Source of the DNA: an uncultured archaeon
Lineage (GTDB): Archaea; Asgardarchaeota; Lokiarchaeia; Sigyniarchaeales; SOKP01
Direction of reading: 5' to 3'
Length of the DNA: 64,000 nt
Assembly (NCBI GenBank): GCA_964632315.1
Contig: CAZWEM010000001.1
Span: 64,001-128,000 of the forward strand
Numbering within the stretch: position 1 is the stretch's first letter; the number at the start of each line of letters is the position of its first letter. The notes beneath the pieces were generated by a model. The model ran no database searches and was not told the DNA's origin. It was given only the letters and a program-made list of their open reading frames with translations. The translations under genes were made by a program, and so were the position numbers. Below, in pieces: positions 1 to 9,335 of the stretch.

Positions 1-76
1 CATATGCTCCCGCAGTATGTTTATAGGGAACTTTAATCCTCCCTCGATAAACTTTTTTCTCAATGTCATCTGTCAT
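1..76 (-). CDS. DUF35 Zn-ribbon/OB-fold protein, N-terminal fragment (runs off window edge)
   Basis: ATG at 76, 2 nt after the preceding stop; reads MTDDIEKKVYRGRIKVPYKHTAGAY, similar to the LPYRWSIG N-terminus of the adjacent DUF35 gene. Confidence 0.75.
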   Translation of the reverse strand, partial: MTDDIEKKVYRGRIKVPYKHTAGAY

Positions 77-78
77 TT

Positions 79-576
79 TTAATCTCCCTCCTTTTCATCT
101 TCAACTATTCTAAAATATGGAATGTCTGCAACCAAATCACCGACAAGTTCATCATTAAATACTGCTTCGACTCTTTGCCCAATTTTCATCTTACTAGCAT
201 CAGTTTCATTAACAAAATGCATTGTATAGGTATCAGCTCCATCTAATTTGAATATTGCATAACCATAAGGAAATGGTCGGATTCCTCCTGTTGAGGGATC
301 AGTAAATGGGTAATTTACAACCGTGAATCCCTCCAATGTTCCTCTTGGAGGTAATTCTACCATATCATCTAGGGTCATCTTCACTAAACACTCTGCACAT
401 ACAGCTCTAGGGGGAAAATGTACTTTTTTACATTTTGGACATTTACTGCCAAGAATTTTCTTATTTTCTTTTAATTCTTCAAAGAATTTTACCGCAAGTT
501 TTCCAATTGACCATCTATATGGCAAATTAGTTTTCCATTTAATTTCAAAAATGTCTCCTTTTTTCTTTCTACTCAT
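79..576 (-). CDS. DUF35 Zn-ribbon/OB-fold acyl-CoA-binding scaffold protein
   Basis: GSKCPKCKKVHFPPRAVCAEC rubredoxin-like motif; PYGYAIFKLDGAD..KIGQRVEAVF OB-fold; in operon with thiolase-fold genes. Confidence 0.92.
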   Translation of the reverse strand: MSRKKKGDIFEIKWKTNLPYRWSIGKLAVKFFEELKENKKILGSKCPKCKKVHFPPRAVCAECLVKMTLDDMVELPPRGTLEGFTVVNYPFTDPSTGGIRPFPYGYAIFKLDGADTYTMHFVNETDASKMKIGQRVEAVFNDELVGDLVADIPYFRIVEDEKEGD

Positions 577-581
577 TTATT

Positions 582-1748
582 TCACCTCATTGGTTCTTTT
601 CCTAATATCATTAATTCCGTCCATAAACTTCCACCAAATCCCATAGCAAGTGCTCTTTCAACATCTGGAACTTGACGTTTTTCTCCACGATCCATTATCT
701 GAGTCGCGGCTTCTGCAACTCTTACCATCGCGGTAGCACCGATAGGATTAGTACTCAAAACGCCTCCCGAAGGATTAACTGGTAATTCTCCACTCATTTG
801 GGTGATACCTTCATCTAAAAGCTTTCCTCCCTCTCCGGGTTTGCAGAAACCAAGAGCTTCAGTCCAAGAAAGTTCACTCCAAGAAGTCGGTTCATAAATT
901 TCAGCAACATCTAAGTCATTTATTGGATCTTTTATGCCTGCTTTTTTATATGCTTTCTTTGATGCTATCGTAGCTGTAGGAAGGTCATACATTTTATCAT
1001 CTGTCCCAAATGTATAATAATGTGCAGTTTCCACTGCGTGGAACCATGCCGGATTATCCGTGATCTTTTTAACCTCTGTCTCATTGGCATAAATTAAAGC
1101 ACATGCACCTTCACTCTGTGGGCAACAATCATGTAATCTTAGAGGATAGGAAATTACTTGAGAACTCATCACATAATCAATTGTTATATCTGGCATTTGG
1201 AGATGAGCAAAAGGGTTATTTGCGGCATTACTTCTATTCTTTACAGTCACTTTTGCTGCCTGTTCAGGTGTTATTCCATATTTTGCTGAATACATTCCCG
1301 CCATTAAAGCTAGTGGACCTAGTGCTCCTGCGAGAGAAGGTCTTTCCCAAACTGGGTCAAATGCAGTTATAATCCCAGTCGTTGCTCCACCTTCATTCAA
1401 TTTTTCCCATCCTATTACAAGAACCTTATCATAGATCCCAGAAGCTACATTATGATATCCACAAATTGCTAATGAACTGCCCGTGGTACCCCCAGTTGCC
1501 ACCTTGACTACAGGTTTCAGATATCCTGGAGCAGCGTCAATTCCCGTCCACATCTCAGAAAAGTTTATCCCTTCAAAGTGATCCATATTACCGATTAGAA
1601 TCGCATCGATATCTTTTGGTTCAAGTTGAGCATCATCAAGAGCCATTCTAACGGCTTCATATATCATTTCTGGGATATTTACATCTCTTCTCTTACTTCT
1701 AAATTTGGTTTGCCCTATTCCAACTATTGCAGTTTGATGTTTTGTCAT
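582..1748 (-). CDS. SCPx-type thiolase-fold protein, Ltp3-like (probable retro-aldolase subunit)
   Basis: AIVGIGQT; VATGGTTG in place of the nucleophilic Cys loop; EIYEPTSWSELSWTEALGF; NPSGGVLSTNPIGATA; ATG start (MTKHQ) at 1748. Confidence 0.88.
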   Translation of the reverse strand: MTKHQTAIVGIGQTKFRSKRRDVNIPEMIYEAVRMALDDAQLEPKDIDAILIGNMDHFEGINFSEMWTGIDAAPGYLKPVVKVATGGTTGSSLAICGYHNVASGIYDKVLVIGWEKLNEGGATTGIITAFDPVWERPSLAGALGPLALMAGMYSAKYGITPEQAAKVTVKNRSNAANNPFAHLQMPDITIDYVMSSQVISYPLRLHDCCPQSEGACALIYANETEVKKITDNPAWFHAVETAHYYTFGTDDKMYDLPTATIASKKAYKKAGIKDPINDLDVAEIYEPTSWSELSWTEALGFCKPGEGGKLLDEGITQMSGELPVNPSGGVLSTNPIGATAMVRVAEAATQIMDRGEKRQVPDVERALAMGFGGSLWTELMILGKEPMR

Positions 1749-1752
1749 TTTT

Positions 1753-2892
1753 TTACTCGCCTCCAAAAATTAAAACGCAATTTCCTTGGGAACATATCCC
1801 ATTCATTCCATGTGCCAAACCTATTTTAGCATTATTTACTTGTCGTTTCCCAGCTTTTCCCATGAGTTGCGTGGCTACTTCGGCAACTCTTATTAAACCA
1901 TTTGCCATTGTCGGGTTACTAGATAGCACTCCTCCAGACTTATTTATTGGAAGATTTGATTCAAAGTGATCGTCTATAAACTTTCCTCCTTCTCCTTTTT
2001 TACACAAGCCCAGAGATTCATAGATCATCAGTTCATGAAATGAAAACGCATCATACACTTCAAATATGTCAATTTCTTTTAGGGGATTTTGTATATTCGC
2101 CATTTTATATGCTTCCTTGGCTGCTAATTCCAATCCAACGAGATCAGTCATGTTCCTATGACCTAAGTAATATGCATCTGTACAACTTCCATATCCTTTC
2201 AACCATACTGGAGTGTCTGTAAATTCTTTAGCTTTCGCTTCATTTGTTAGAAGCATTGCTACAGCACCATCTGAAAAAGGCGGTAAATCTAATTCCTTTA
2301 GGGGATATGCCATCATTTTTGAATTAAGGACGTCCTCAATGGAAATTTCTTTCTGCAAATGAGCGTATGGATTGTCACGGGCATATTTTCTATTTTTTAC
2401 AGCAATTTTAGCTGCTTGTTCCTCAGAAATTCCATACTTCTGCATATACATGTTCGCCATCAATCCAGCCGACGAAACTTGATCCAAACCAAGATGTCGT
2501 TGATAGAATGGATCGAATATTGAATTATTTACCAGATACTGGTTTACTTCTGAACATTTGCAATGAGAAACTACAAGAACTGTATCATATGACTCTGATA
2601 AAATTCGCATGGCTCCATATACATAAGCAAACGCCCCATCACCAGAAACGCGAGATTCGCTTTTTCTTACTGACCCTACTGCGTCTTGAATCGCCATGTT
2701 AGCAATTGTTCTGCCATCGTTAAAATCATTAGAACTGGTGATTACACATCCAACATCATCATTAGTTATTCCGAGATCTTCATGAAGCTGGTGAACAACT
2801 TCGAAAACTAGTTCTGAAACGGTTAAATCAATTTTATCTTCTTCATATTTAGTTTGAGCGCAACCAACTATCGCTACTTTATCTTTATCCAT
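1753..2892 (-). CDS. SCPx-type thiolase-fold protein, Ltp4-like partner subunit
   Basis: VAIVGCAQT; ESRVSGDGAFA (no Cys nucleophile); FSDGAVA; EVYDAF; NKSGG. Confidence 0.88.
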   Translation of the reverse strand: MDKDKVAIVGCAQTKYEEDKIDLTVSELVFEVVHQLHEDLGITNDDVGCVITSSNDFNDGRTIANMAIQDAVGSVRKSESRVSGDGAFAYVYGAMRILSESYDTVLVVSHCKCSEVNQYLVNNSIFDPFYQRHLGLDQVSSAGLMANMYMQKYGISEEQAAKIAVKNRKYARDNPYAHLQKEISIEDVLNSKMMAYPLKELDLPPFSDGAVAMLLTNEAKAKEFTDTPVWLKGYGSCTDAYYLGHRNMTDLVGLELAAKEAYKMANIQNPLKEIDIFEVYDAFSFHELMIYESLGLCKKGEGGKFIDDHFESNLPINKSGGVLSSNPTMANGLIRVAEVATQLMGKAGKRQVNNAKIGLAHGMNGICSQGNCVLIFGGE

Positions 2893-3104
2893 TTTTGATT
2901 TCCATTCTTTTTGATTTTTAATATATATATTGAGTTAATATATTAGCAGTTGATATATAAATAGTTTTAAATTAGTTTTCATAAAAAAGTCAGTATTACT
3001 CTATTAGGATATATTTAAACTTTAAATAGTAAGATGATTAATTTTTATATCAATATAATTATAAATGAATATTAATCGAAATTTCAGTTTATGTGATAAT
3101 AAAA

Positions 3105-3998
3105 ATGCCAAATCCAGAAAATAAATTGGTAATTTCAGCAGCCTTAGTTGGTGCGATTACTACTAAGGATAATAATCCAAATGTACCCTATACTGCTGAA
3201 GAGTTTGGAGATGAAGCTAAAAAATGCTATGATGCAGGAGCTGCTATTGTACACATCCATGCACGACATCCTGAAATAGGCAATCCTACACCAGATTTAG
3301 ATATAATAAGAGCTGTATTAGAAAATATAAAATCTAAAGCTCCGGATATAATTATTAATCTGAGTACTGCAATTAGCTCAGTTGCTACTGAAAAAGAACG
3401 AATTGCTCCTATCAAAACATTTAAACCTCCACTTGCTTCATTAAATACCGCTTCTATGAACTTTGCAGTTGGAGATTATCGCACTGGTAAAGTTGGTATG
3501 GGCGCAACTAATATTTTTGAAAATACTTTCAAAACAATCCAAAAATTCGCAAAAGAAATGAAGAAAGCAGGTACAAAACCCGAAATGGAAATCTATGACT
3601 TGGGTGGAATGTATAACATGCTTTTCCTTAATAGACATCCAGAAAATTTCACGCAACCATTACATTTTCAGTTTGTTTGGGGTGTACTTGGAGGAATTCC
3701 ATTCAATCCGAGAAATTTTTCACTGATGTTAGATATGAGGCCTCAAGATTCAACATGGAGTGTATGTGGAGTTTCTAAACAACAATTCCAAGCTGCTCTA
3801 TGTGCTGCAGCTATGAATGGACATATTCGTGTTGGGTTGGAAGATAATACTCGTGTTATTTCAGGTGAATTAGCAAAAGGAAGTTGGGAGCAAGTAGCAT
3901 GGGCTAAAAAAGTAGCTGAACTTGCAGGTCGAGAAATTGCTCAAGGTGATGAAGCAAGAGAAATTTTCAATCTTAAAAAAGAGCATGTTCAACTTTAA
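3105..3998 (+). CDS. Beta-keto acid cleavage enzyme (BKACE/DUF849, 3-keto-5-aminohexanoate cleavage family)
   Basis: AGAAIVHIHAR Zn motif, KPEMEIYD, GHIRVGLED. Confidence 0.93.
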   Translation: MPNPENKLVISAALVGAITTKDNNPNVPYTAEEFGDEAKKCYDAGAAIVHIHARHPEIGNPTPDLDIIRAVLENIKSKAPDIIINLSTAISSVATEKERIAPIKTFKPPLASLNTASMNFAVGDYRTGKVGMGATNIFENTFKTIQKFAKEMKKAGTKPEMEIYDLGGMYNMLFLNRHPENFTQPLHFQFVWGVLGGIPFNPRNFSLMLDMRPQDSTWSVCGVSKQQFQAALCAAAMNGHIRVGLEDNTRVISGELAKGSWEQVAWAKKVAELAGREIAQGDEAREIFNLKKEHVQL

Positions 3999-4011
3999 GC
4001 TAAAAAACTCT

Positions 4012-4069
4012 ATTCAAATTTTTCTTTTTATTTATTTTATTTGTGAAAAATAGTTATAGAAAAAAAAAA
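4012..4069. terminator. Bidirectional T-rich/A-rich archaeal terminator region between convergent genes
   Basis: T-tracts after the + strand stop (3998) and an A-run just beyond the - strand stop (4070). Confidence 0.45.
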
Positions 4070-4669
4070 TTAATATGAAAATCCTTCGGGTAAATCTGAT
4101 TCTGGTGTGTTTTCAACTACAAAGGAGAGATCAGTTATTGTGTAAGTTGGATTTTTTGTTCTAAAAATCGGAACTACTCGTTTTCCAATTTCAGGTTCAC
4201 CTACAGACAGATAAGACATTAAAATCGTAACAACGTCATCGAATTCCACATTTATAAATTTAATAGGTTTTGCTAGCATATTAAATGCTCCTGAACGATG
4301 TGTGATGATAAATGAATGTATTTTTGCAGTCTTTCTTGCTTTTTCAGTCATATCTATTACTGTCATTTTTCGTAAACAATCGGGACATGCGATTCTAAAA
4401 GGTTGATAAATTGAACCACGAGTTTCGCATTTTTCATTATCGCACCTCGTTGCCATGAGCTTACCCTTTCCTAAAGATTCAAAGAATATTGCTTCCCCAC
4501 CATATGAATGTATATACGTCATATCTCGAGGATTAGTAACTCCCGCAAGCTTTCCAGTATCTTTATCAAAAATAGGTTGATTTGCTTCTATAATGTGAAA
4601 CTTACCTCTAGGTTTATATCTACCATTTATAACTTCAACAAATCCTTTTTCTTCTTCTGTTTTAGGCAT
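4070..4669 (-). CDS. DUF35 Zn-ribbon/OB-fold protein with N-terminal extension
   Basis: LMATRCDNEKC...PFRIACPDC; INVEFDDV; PEIGKRVVPIF; 4 nt downstream of a thiolase gene. Confidence 0.85.
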   Translation of the reverse strand: MPKTEEEKGFVEVINGRYKPRGKFHIIEANQPIFDKDTGKLAGVTNPRDMTYIHSYGGEAIFFESLGKGKLMATRCDNEKCETRGSIYQPFRIACPDCLRKMTVIDMTEKARKTAKIHSFIITHRSGAFNMLAKPIKFINVEFDDVVTILMSYLSVGEPEIGKRVVPIFRTKNPTYTITDLSFVVENTPESDLPEGFSY

Positions 4670-4673
4670 TTTC

Positions 4674-6095
4674 TTAATCCTCCTTTATTAAGTTATTAGG
4701 GTCCATTAAAATAGTACAAGTTACGTGAGAACCTACACCAGCATGACTAATTGCCAATGCTCGTTTAGCTCCTTTAACTTGCAGGCTTGTCCAATCTTTT
4801 GGTTTTTCTCTTCCAAAAGCTTTCCACTTTTCAATTGGCTCGTGAATTTCATCCCAACGGTTCCATATATGGTATCCAATCTCAGCTATTTGCATTAAAC
4901 CAGTTGCTCCAACAGCATGCATGCATCCGATTAATCCACCACTTGGATTACTTGGTAGTTTTCCTGGCTTTTTAGTATTTGGATTAATAACATACGCATC
5001 ACCACTTTCAATATAGTCTCTTCCTTCTCCATAGGGTCTTATTCCAATGTCCTCATAGGTTTGGATATCACTTATCGTAAATGCATCATGTAATTCTACT
5101 AAATCAAGGTCTTCTGTAGGATCTACAACACCAGCCATGTGATATGCATAATATGCTGCTACTCTAGCTGCTAAAAAGCTACTAAAACCTGGATAACGAT
5201 CTCCACCTGGAAATCTTTTACCCAAATCATCATACTGCCCTTTATTTTCATTTGGTAATAACGGTATTTTCATATCACGCCGATCAGCCACTCTTAGTGT
5301 ATGGCTTCCAGCACCAAGATATATTCTTAAAGGTTTGTCAGTTATTTCATAAGCCGTTTTTTCATCGCAAACAATTCCACAAGCAGAACCCACACTCATT
5401 AAACAACAGTCTAATACGCGAAGGGGATGCGCCACGATTGGAGAATCTATAACATCTTGTACCGTTATATCCATCGGTCCATGAGCGTGAGGATTCATTC
5501 TTGCATAACCCCTGTTTTTCACGGCGACTTCTGCCATTGTCTTCCGAAATGATTCTTCTTCCTTGCCAAATACTTTCCAGTATCTTTGTGCCATGACCGC
5601 ATAATATCCTGTATATATATGTCCTAAAGGAGTTTCCCAGTCTTTATCCGCAGCAGCAGAAATAAGATGATTACCTTCATCAGTGGGGACTTCGTCCATC
5701 CGTTCCCAGCCCATCGCCAAAGCGCAATCACTATACCCTGAAGCTACAGCTTTGATCGCTTCCCACATTGCTGATCCTCCAGTAGCACCACCAGTTTTGA
5801 CTCCAATATTTCCTAATGGATCTAAACCAAGTCTATCATGAATTACGGCTTCTCCAAGTAATTGATCTCCGAAATGATCTGCAAAATGACCGTAATAACA
5901 AGTATGAATATATTTCTTTAACTCTGAGGGGGTCATTTTAACAAAGTCAGCCGCAGCAGTAAGTGCATCAATACATAATTCTTCAGTTCTAGTTTCTGGG
6001 AATGCCCTATCAAATTTTGACATCCCTACTGTAGCTAAATATACTGGTCGCATTAATTTGGGGATTTTTAATTGTTTTTCGCTAAATTTAATCAT
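4674..6095 (-). CDS. Thiolase-domain protein (SCPx-like, Cys-less nucleophile loop)
   Basis: VGMSKF; KTGGATGG; ELHDAF; NPSGGLIGCMHAVGATG. Confidence 0.88.
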   Translation of the reverse strand: MIKFSEKQLKIPKLMRPVYLATVGMSKFDRAFPETRTEELCIDALTAAADFVKMTPSELKKYIHTCYYGHFADHFGDQLLGEAVIHDRLGLDPLGNIGVKTGGATGGSAMWEAIKAVASGYSDCALAMGWERMDEVPTDEGNHLISAAADKDWETPLGHIYTGYYAVMAQRYWKVFGKEEESFRKTMAEVAVKNRGYARMNPHAHGPMDITVQDVIDSPIVAHPLRVLDCCLMSVGSACGIVCDEKTAYEITDKPLRIYLGAGSHTLRVADRRDMKIPLLPNENKGQYDDLGKRFPGGDRYPGFSSFLAARVAAYYAYHMAGVVDPTEDLDLVELHDAFTISDIQTYEDIGIRPYGEGRDYIESGDAYVINPNTKKPGKLPSNPSGGLIGCMHAVGATGLMQIAEIGYHIWNRWDEIHEPIEKWKAFGREKPKDWTSLQVKGAKRALAISHAGVGSHVTCTILMDPNNLIKED

Positions 6096-6326
6096 ATTCT
6101 ACACTTTATACAAAATATATTTAATATCAATTTATAATTTCGAAACAGATTGATATTTTAATATTTGATGCGTTATGATTAAAATATTACTACTAATAAT
6201 CTTATTTGGGATTTTCCTCCCATTGAGTTCTATATAGAAAAATCATAGTTAGTATATTATTTTATAAAAATTACTCTATTAAACTAATATCGTTATTAAA
6301 TCACTTTAATTAAACGGATTATTAAA

Positions 6327-6824
6327 ATGAAAATTAGTAAAATCGAGGGCTACATTTTTCTTAAATATCATACCTATATTTCAGCGGAAGCCTTTTATAA
6401 CGGAAAATCTATATTATTTTGTACTTTGCCTGGAATTGGTTCGTCACATTTCGTTTTTCTTTATAGCAAATTTATTCAGAATTATACTCAACAGAAACTA
6501 AATGAATATGAAAAAATCAACTCTATAAATGGTAAAGATATCACTGTGTTAGAAGCTCTTAATCTAAAATTAAAACAGTGCCTAATTAATTATGATTATG
6601 TAGTTGTGGAATCCATAAACCGAGAAATCTTAAAAATTTTTACAGATTTGTACCTCAAAAATATTTACAGCTTTAATAATTTGATATTAGAAGGAAGAAA
6701 ATTGATTAAAAAAATAACAGAAGAAAGATTAAAGCCAATAAATATTAAAATTATCTCACATATTAATGCTCCTATTGAATGGAGAGAAAAAAATCTCTAC
6801 AAGGAAGATTCTATGGCTATATAA
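6327..6824 (+). CDS. Hypothetical protein
   Basis: 165-aa ATG ORF filling an intergenic gap; no recognisable motif. Confidence 0.55.
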   Translation: MKISKIEGYIFLKYHTYISAEAFYNGKSILFCTLPGIGSSHFVFLYSKFIQNYTQQKLNEYEKINSINGKDITVLEALNLKLKQCLINYDYVVVESINREILKIFTDLYLKNIYSFNNLILEGRKLIKKITEERLKPINIKIISHINAPIEWREKNLYKEDSMAI

Positions 6825-6908
6825 AACATTAAGAAATTGGTGGGAATAAAATCCTACAAAAACTTCTTTCTGAAAAATTTATTATGCTAACAAAAAGTAT
6901 CATATATT

Positions 6909-8243
6909 ATGGACACTAGAATTGCTGAATTCAGTAAGATCCGTATCTCGAAATACGTGCCTGAATTAGACTTGCTGAATAATCCCGTATTAAATGCAAA
7001 AGAAAAAGAGTTTTTAGCGGAACTATACGATTTCATCGAAAAACAACTCGATGTTGAGCTGAGAAAACTTGAAGAACTTAATTATTTGGTTGAAGAACCA
7101 ACTCAAGATAAGAAAAAAGATATTGTAATAGCAATAATGAAAAAACTTTCGGATAATGGATATTATTCCACAGTTCTTGACGAAAGTGATTATGAGGTAG
7201 GACGGATTACTAGAAACGCCTTAATCGCTTATGCATTGTGTGGAGGCCGTTGGAGTGAATATAGTGAGAGATATATTGCAGGAAATTATAGTATTGAAAT
7301 GGGAAGATTAGCAGGAGGAACATTATATTGCAATCCAGTTAATTATGCTGCAAATAATATGCAAAAGGAACGATTTTTAGTTCCTGTGGCAAAAGAAGGT
7401 CAAATTGGAGCATCAGCGATGACTGAGTTCAATGCGGGATCAGATATTTTTAGAATGGAGCTTGCACTTAATGAAAGGGATGACAAGATCATTGCAAAAG
7501 GTAAAAAGTTATTCATCACTAATGGCATGATTGCAGATTATATTATTTTGTATGGCAGACTAAACAATGGTCAGTTAGCAGCAGTAGTCGTAGATACCGA
7601 ACATCAGCAATTAAAAGATTTCAGGAGTACTCGTATTAGAACCTATGGAATGACTGATGCATTTGTGAGCCGGTTAATATTTGATAGAGTAGAATTGCCA
7701 AAAGAAAATTTATTGGCGGGTCATGGATTAGATATAGCTTTTCATCAATTAACAGAAGAAAGATTAGTAATTAGTGCAGAAGCCCTTGGCGATACTATGA
7801 AAAAGTTAATTTATTCACACGCGTACGCTCTTCAACGAAGACAGTTTGAAAAACGTCTACATCAATATCAGGTGATTCGCTTTCCAATATCTACTAAAAT
7901 TAGGGAACTAAATTTACTATTCTCAGCATTAATTCAATATGTTAGGCAATTAGATGCTCACCCTGAATTAGCGGGCTCAAAATTGATGGCAGCTAATGCA
8001 ATGGGGCTTAAAATTAGTTCTACAGAATTAGGATTCGAAAGTGCAATTCATTGTTTTAGAACCTTAGGTGGGCGGGGCTTCACAAGACAGTATGCAAACT
8101 TGATCGGATTGATGGATCCTTATTGTATGGTTCATGGTGGGGGAAGTAATTATGTACTAGAAGATAGTGAATCAAGAAGATTTTTCAAATTCAAACCAAC
8201 TCGAAGTAATATGGAAGATACAATTCCTAGAATTGATTATTAA
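6909..8243 (+). CDS. Acyl-CoA dehydrogenase (LCAD/IVD-type catalytic Glu position)
   Basis: AMTEFNAGSD, GKKLFITNG, TEERLVIS, RRQF, LGGRGF. Confidence 0.92.
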   Translation: MDTRIAEFSKIRISKYVPELDLLNNPVLNAKEKEFLAELYDFIEKQLDVELRKLEELNYLVEEPTQDKKKDIVIAIMKKLSDNGYYSTVLDESDYEVGRITRNALIAYALCGGRWSEYSERYIAGNYSIEMGRLAGGTLYCNPVNYAANNMQKERFLVPVAKEGQIGASAMTEFNAGSDIFRMELALNERDDKIIAKGKKLFITNGMIADYIILYGRLNNGQLAAVVVDTEHQQLKDFRSTRIRTYGMTDAFVSRLIFDRVELPKENLLAGHGLDIAFHQLTEERLVISAEALGDTMKKLIYSHAYALQRRQFEKRLHQYQVIRFPISTKIRELNLLFSALIQYVRQLDAHPELAGSKLMAANAMGLKISSTELGFESAIHCFRTLGGRGFTRQYANLIGLMDPYCMVHGGGSNYVLEDSESRRFFKFKPTRSNMEDTIPRIDY

Positions 8244-8307
8244 CCATTTTTACTATAATTCATTACCGATCAAATAATTAAATATAGATTATACTTTTAT
8301 TTAAAAG

Positions 8308-9282
8308 ATGGATTACTATCGCGTTTGTGATAATTTTAATATTAATCCCTTGATTGAAAAGTATCAGGGAAAGACACTCGAGGAACTTTTTCCAAGTCAT
8401 CAAATTATTTCAAATAGAATGGGAGAGTTCTTGGAAATAACTCACAAACCTTTAAATATCTCTTCAAATATAGATTTAACTCTCTCAAAAAGGAACCTAA
8501 TTAAAAATCTCAAAGTAGTTCCATTTATAGGAAAAGAAATCGAATCATTCCTTAAAAAGAGGGGTATAAACACTTTATATGATTTAAGACACGTTATTAG
8601 ATATGGAAAATATGCAAAGAAAATAATCGATTTAGTCAAGGACCAAGACTTTAAAGGACTTTCAAATAACCAATATGTTTATGACATTGACATTAGCTTC
8701 TGTTTTAATTTAAGCGAGCTTTTATTTCTTGATATTGAAACATTAGATCTTTATGATAGTCCGATAATTATTTTTGGGTATGGATACTTTGAAAACTCCT
8801 CTTTTTATATCAAAATATTATTTGCAAGGGAAATAAGCGAAGAAATAGCTATATGTGAACATCTAAAGAACGAAATTCTTCCCAGGTTTAGATGTTTCAT
8901 CACTTACAATGGTAAGTCTTTTGATATACCATATTTAGCCAATAGATTTATGTATTATTTTGATTCTAACCCAATGATAAGTAAAGATGACACGCCTTAT
9001 GAATCTCTCAATACACTTTATCACCATATTGACCTATATCATAATTGTCGGAGAAAATTTAAAGGATTATTTTATAATTACACGCTTACAGATATGGAAA
9101 AACTAATTTTAGATTTTCAACGAGATCACGACGTACCAAGTAATTTAATTGGTTTTTGTTATAGGAATTATCTCAAAAACCCCTATCGCTATATTGGTCC
9201 TGTTAAAGAATGTATAGAACATAATTATTATGATATCTATTCCATGCCTTTAATACTCAATAAACTGCTAAATCTTGAATAA
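8308..9282 (+). CDS. YprB-like RNase H-fold (DEDD) exonuclease
   Basis: FLDIETL, TYNGKSFDIPYL, HIDLY, HNYYDI; helix-hairpin-helix-like VPFIGK. Confidence 0.85.
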   Translation: MDYYRVCDNFNINPLIEKYQGKTLEELFPSHQIISNRMGEFLEITHKPLNISSNIDLTLSKRNLIKNLKVVPFIGKEIESFLKKRGINTLYDLRHVIRYGKYAKKIIDLVKDQDFKGLSNNQYVYDIDISFCFNLSELLFLDIETLDLYDSPIIIFGYGYFENSSFYIKILFAREISEEIAICEHLKNEILPRFRCFITYNGKSFDIPYLANRFMYYFDSNPMISKDDTPYESLNTLYHHIDLYHNCRRKFKGLFYNYTLTDMEKLILDFQRDHDVPSNLIGFCYRNYLKNPYRYIGPVKECIEHNYYDIYSMPLILNKLLNLE

Positions 9283-9335
9283 TTATTGCTATTGAAAATT
9301 AAGAAATCTTAATTTAATTAAAATCATTTAGAAAG

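Noticed and set aside
323-2702. Short + strand ORFs (323, 1103, 1626, 1727, 2040, 2508)
   Set aside because: Antisense shadows of well-supported DUF35/thiolase genes; no motifs.
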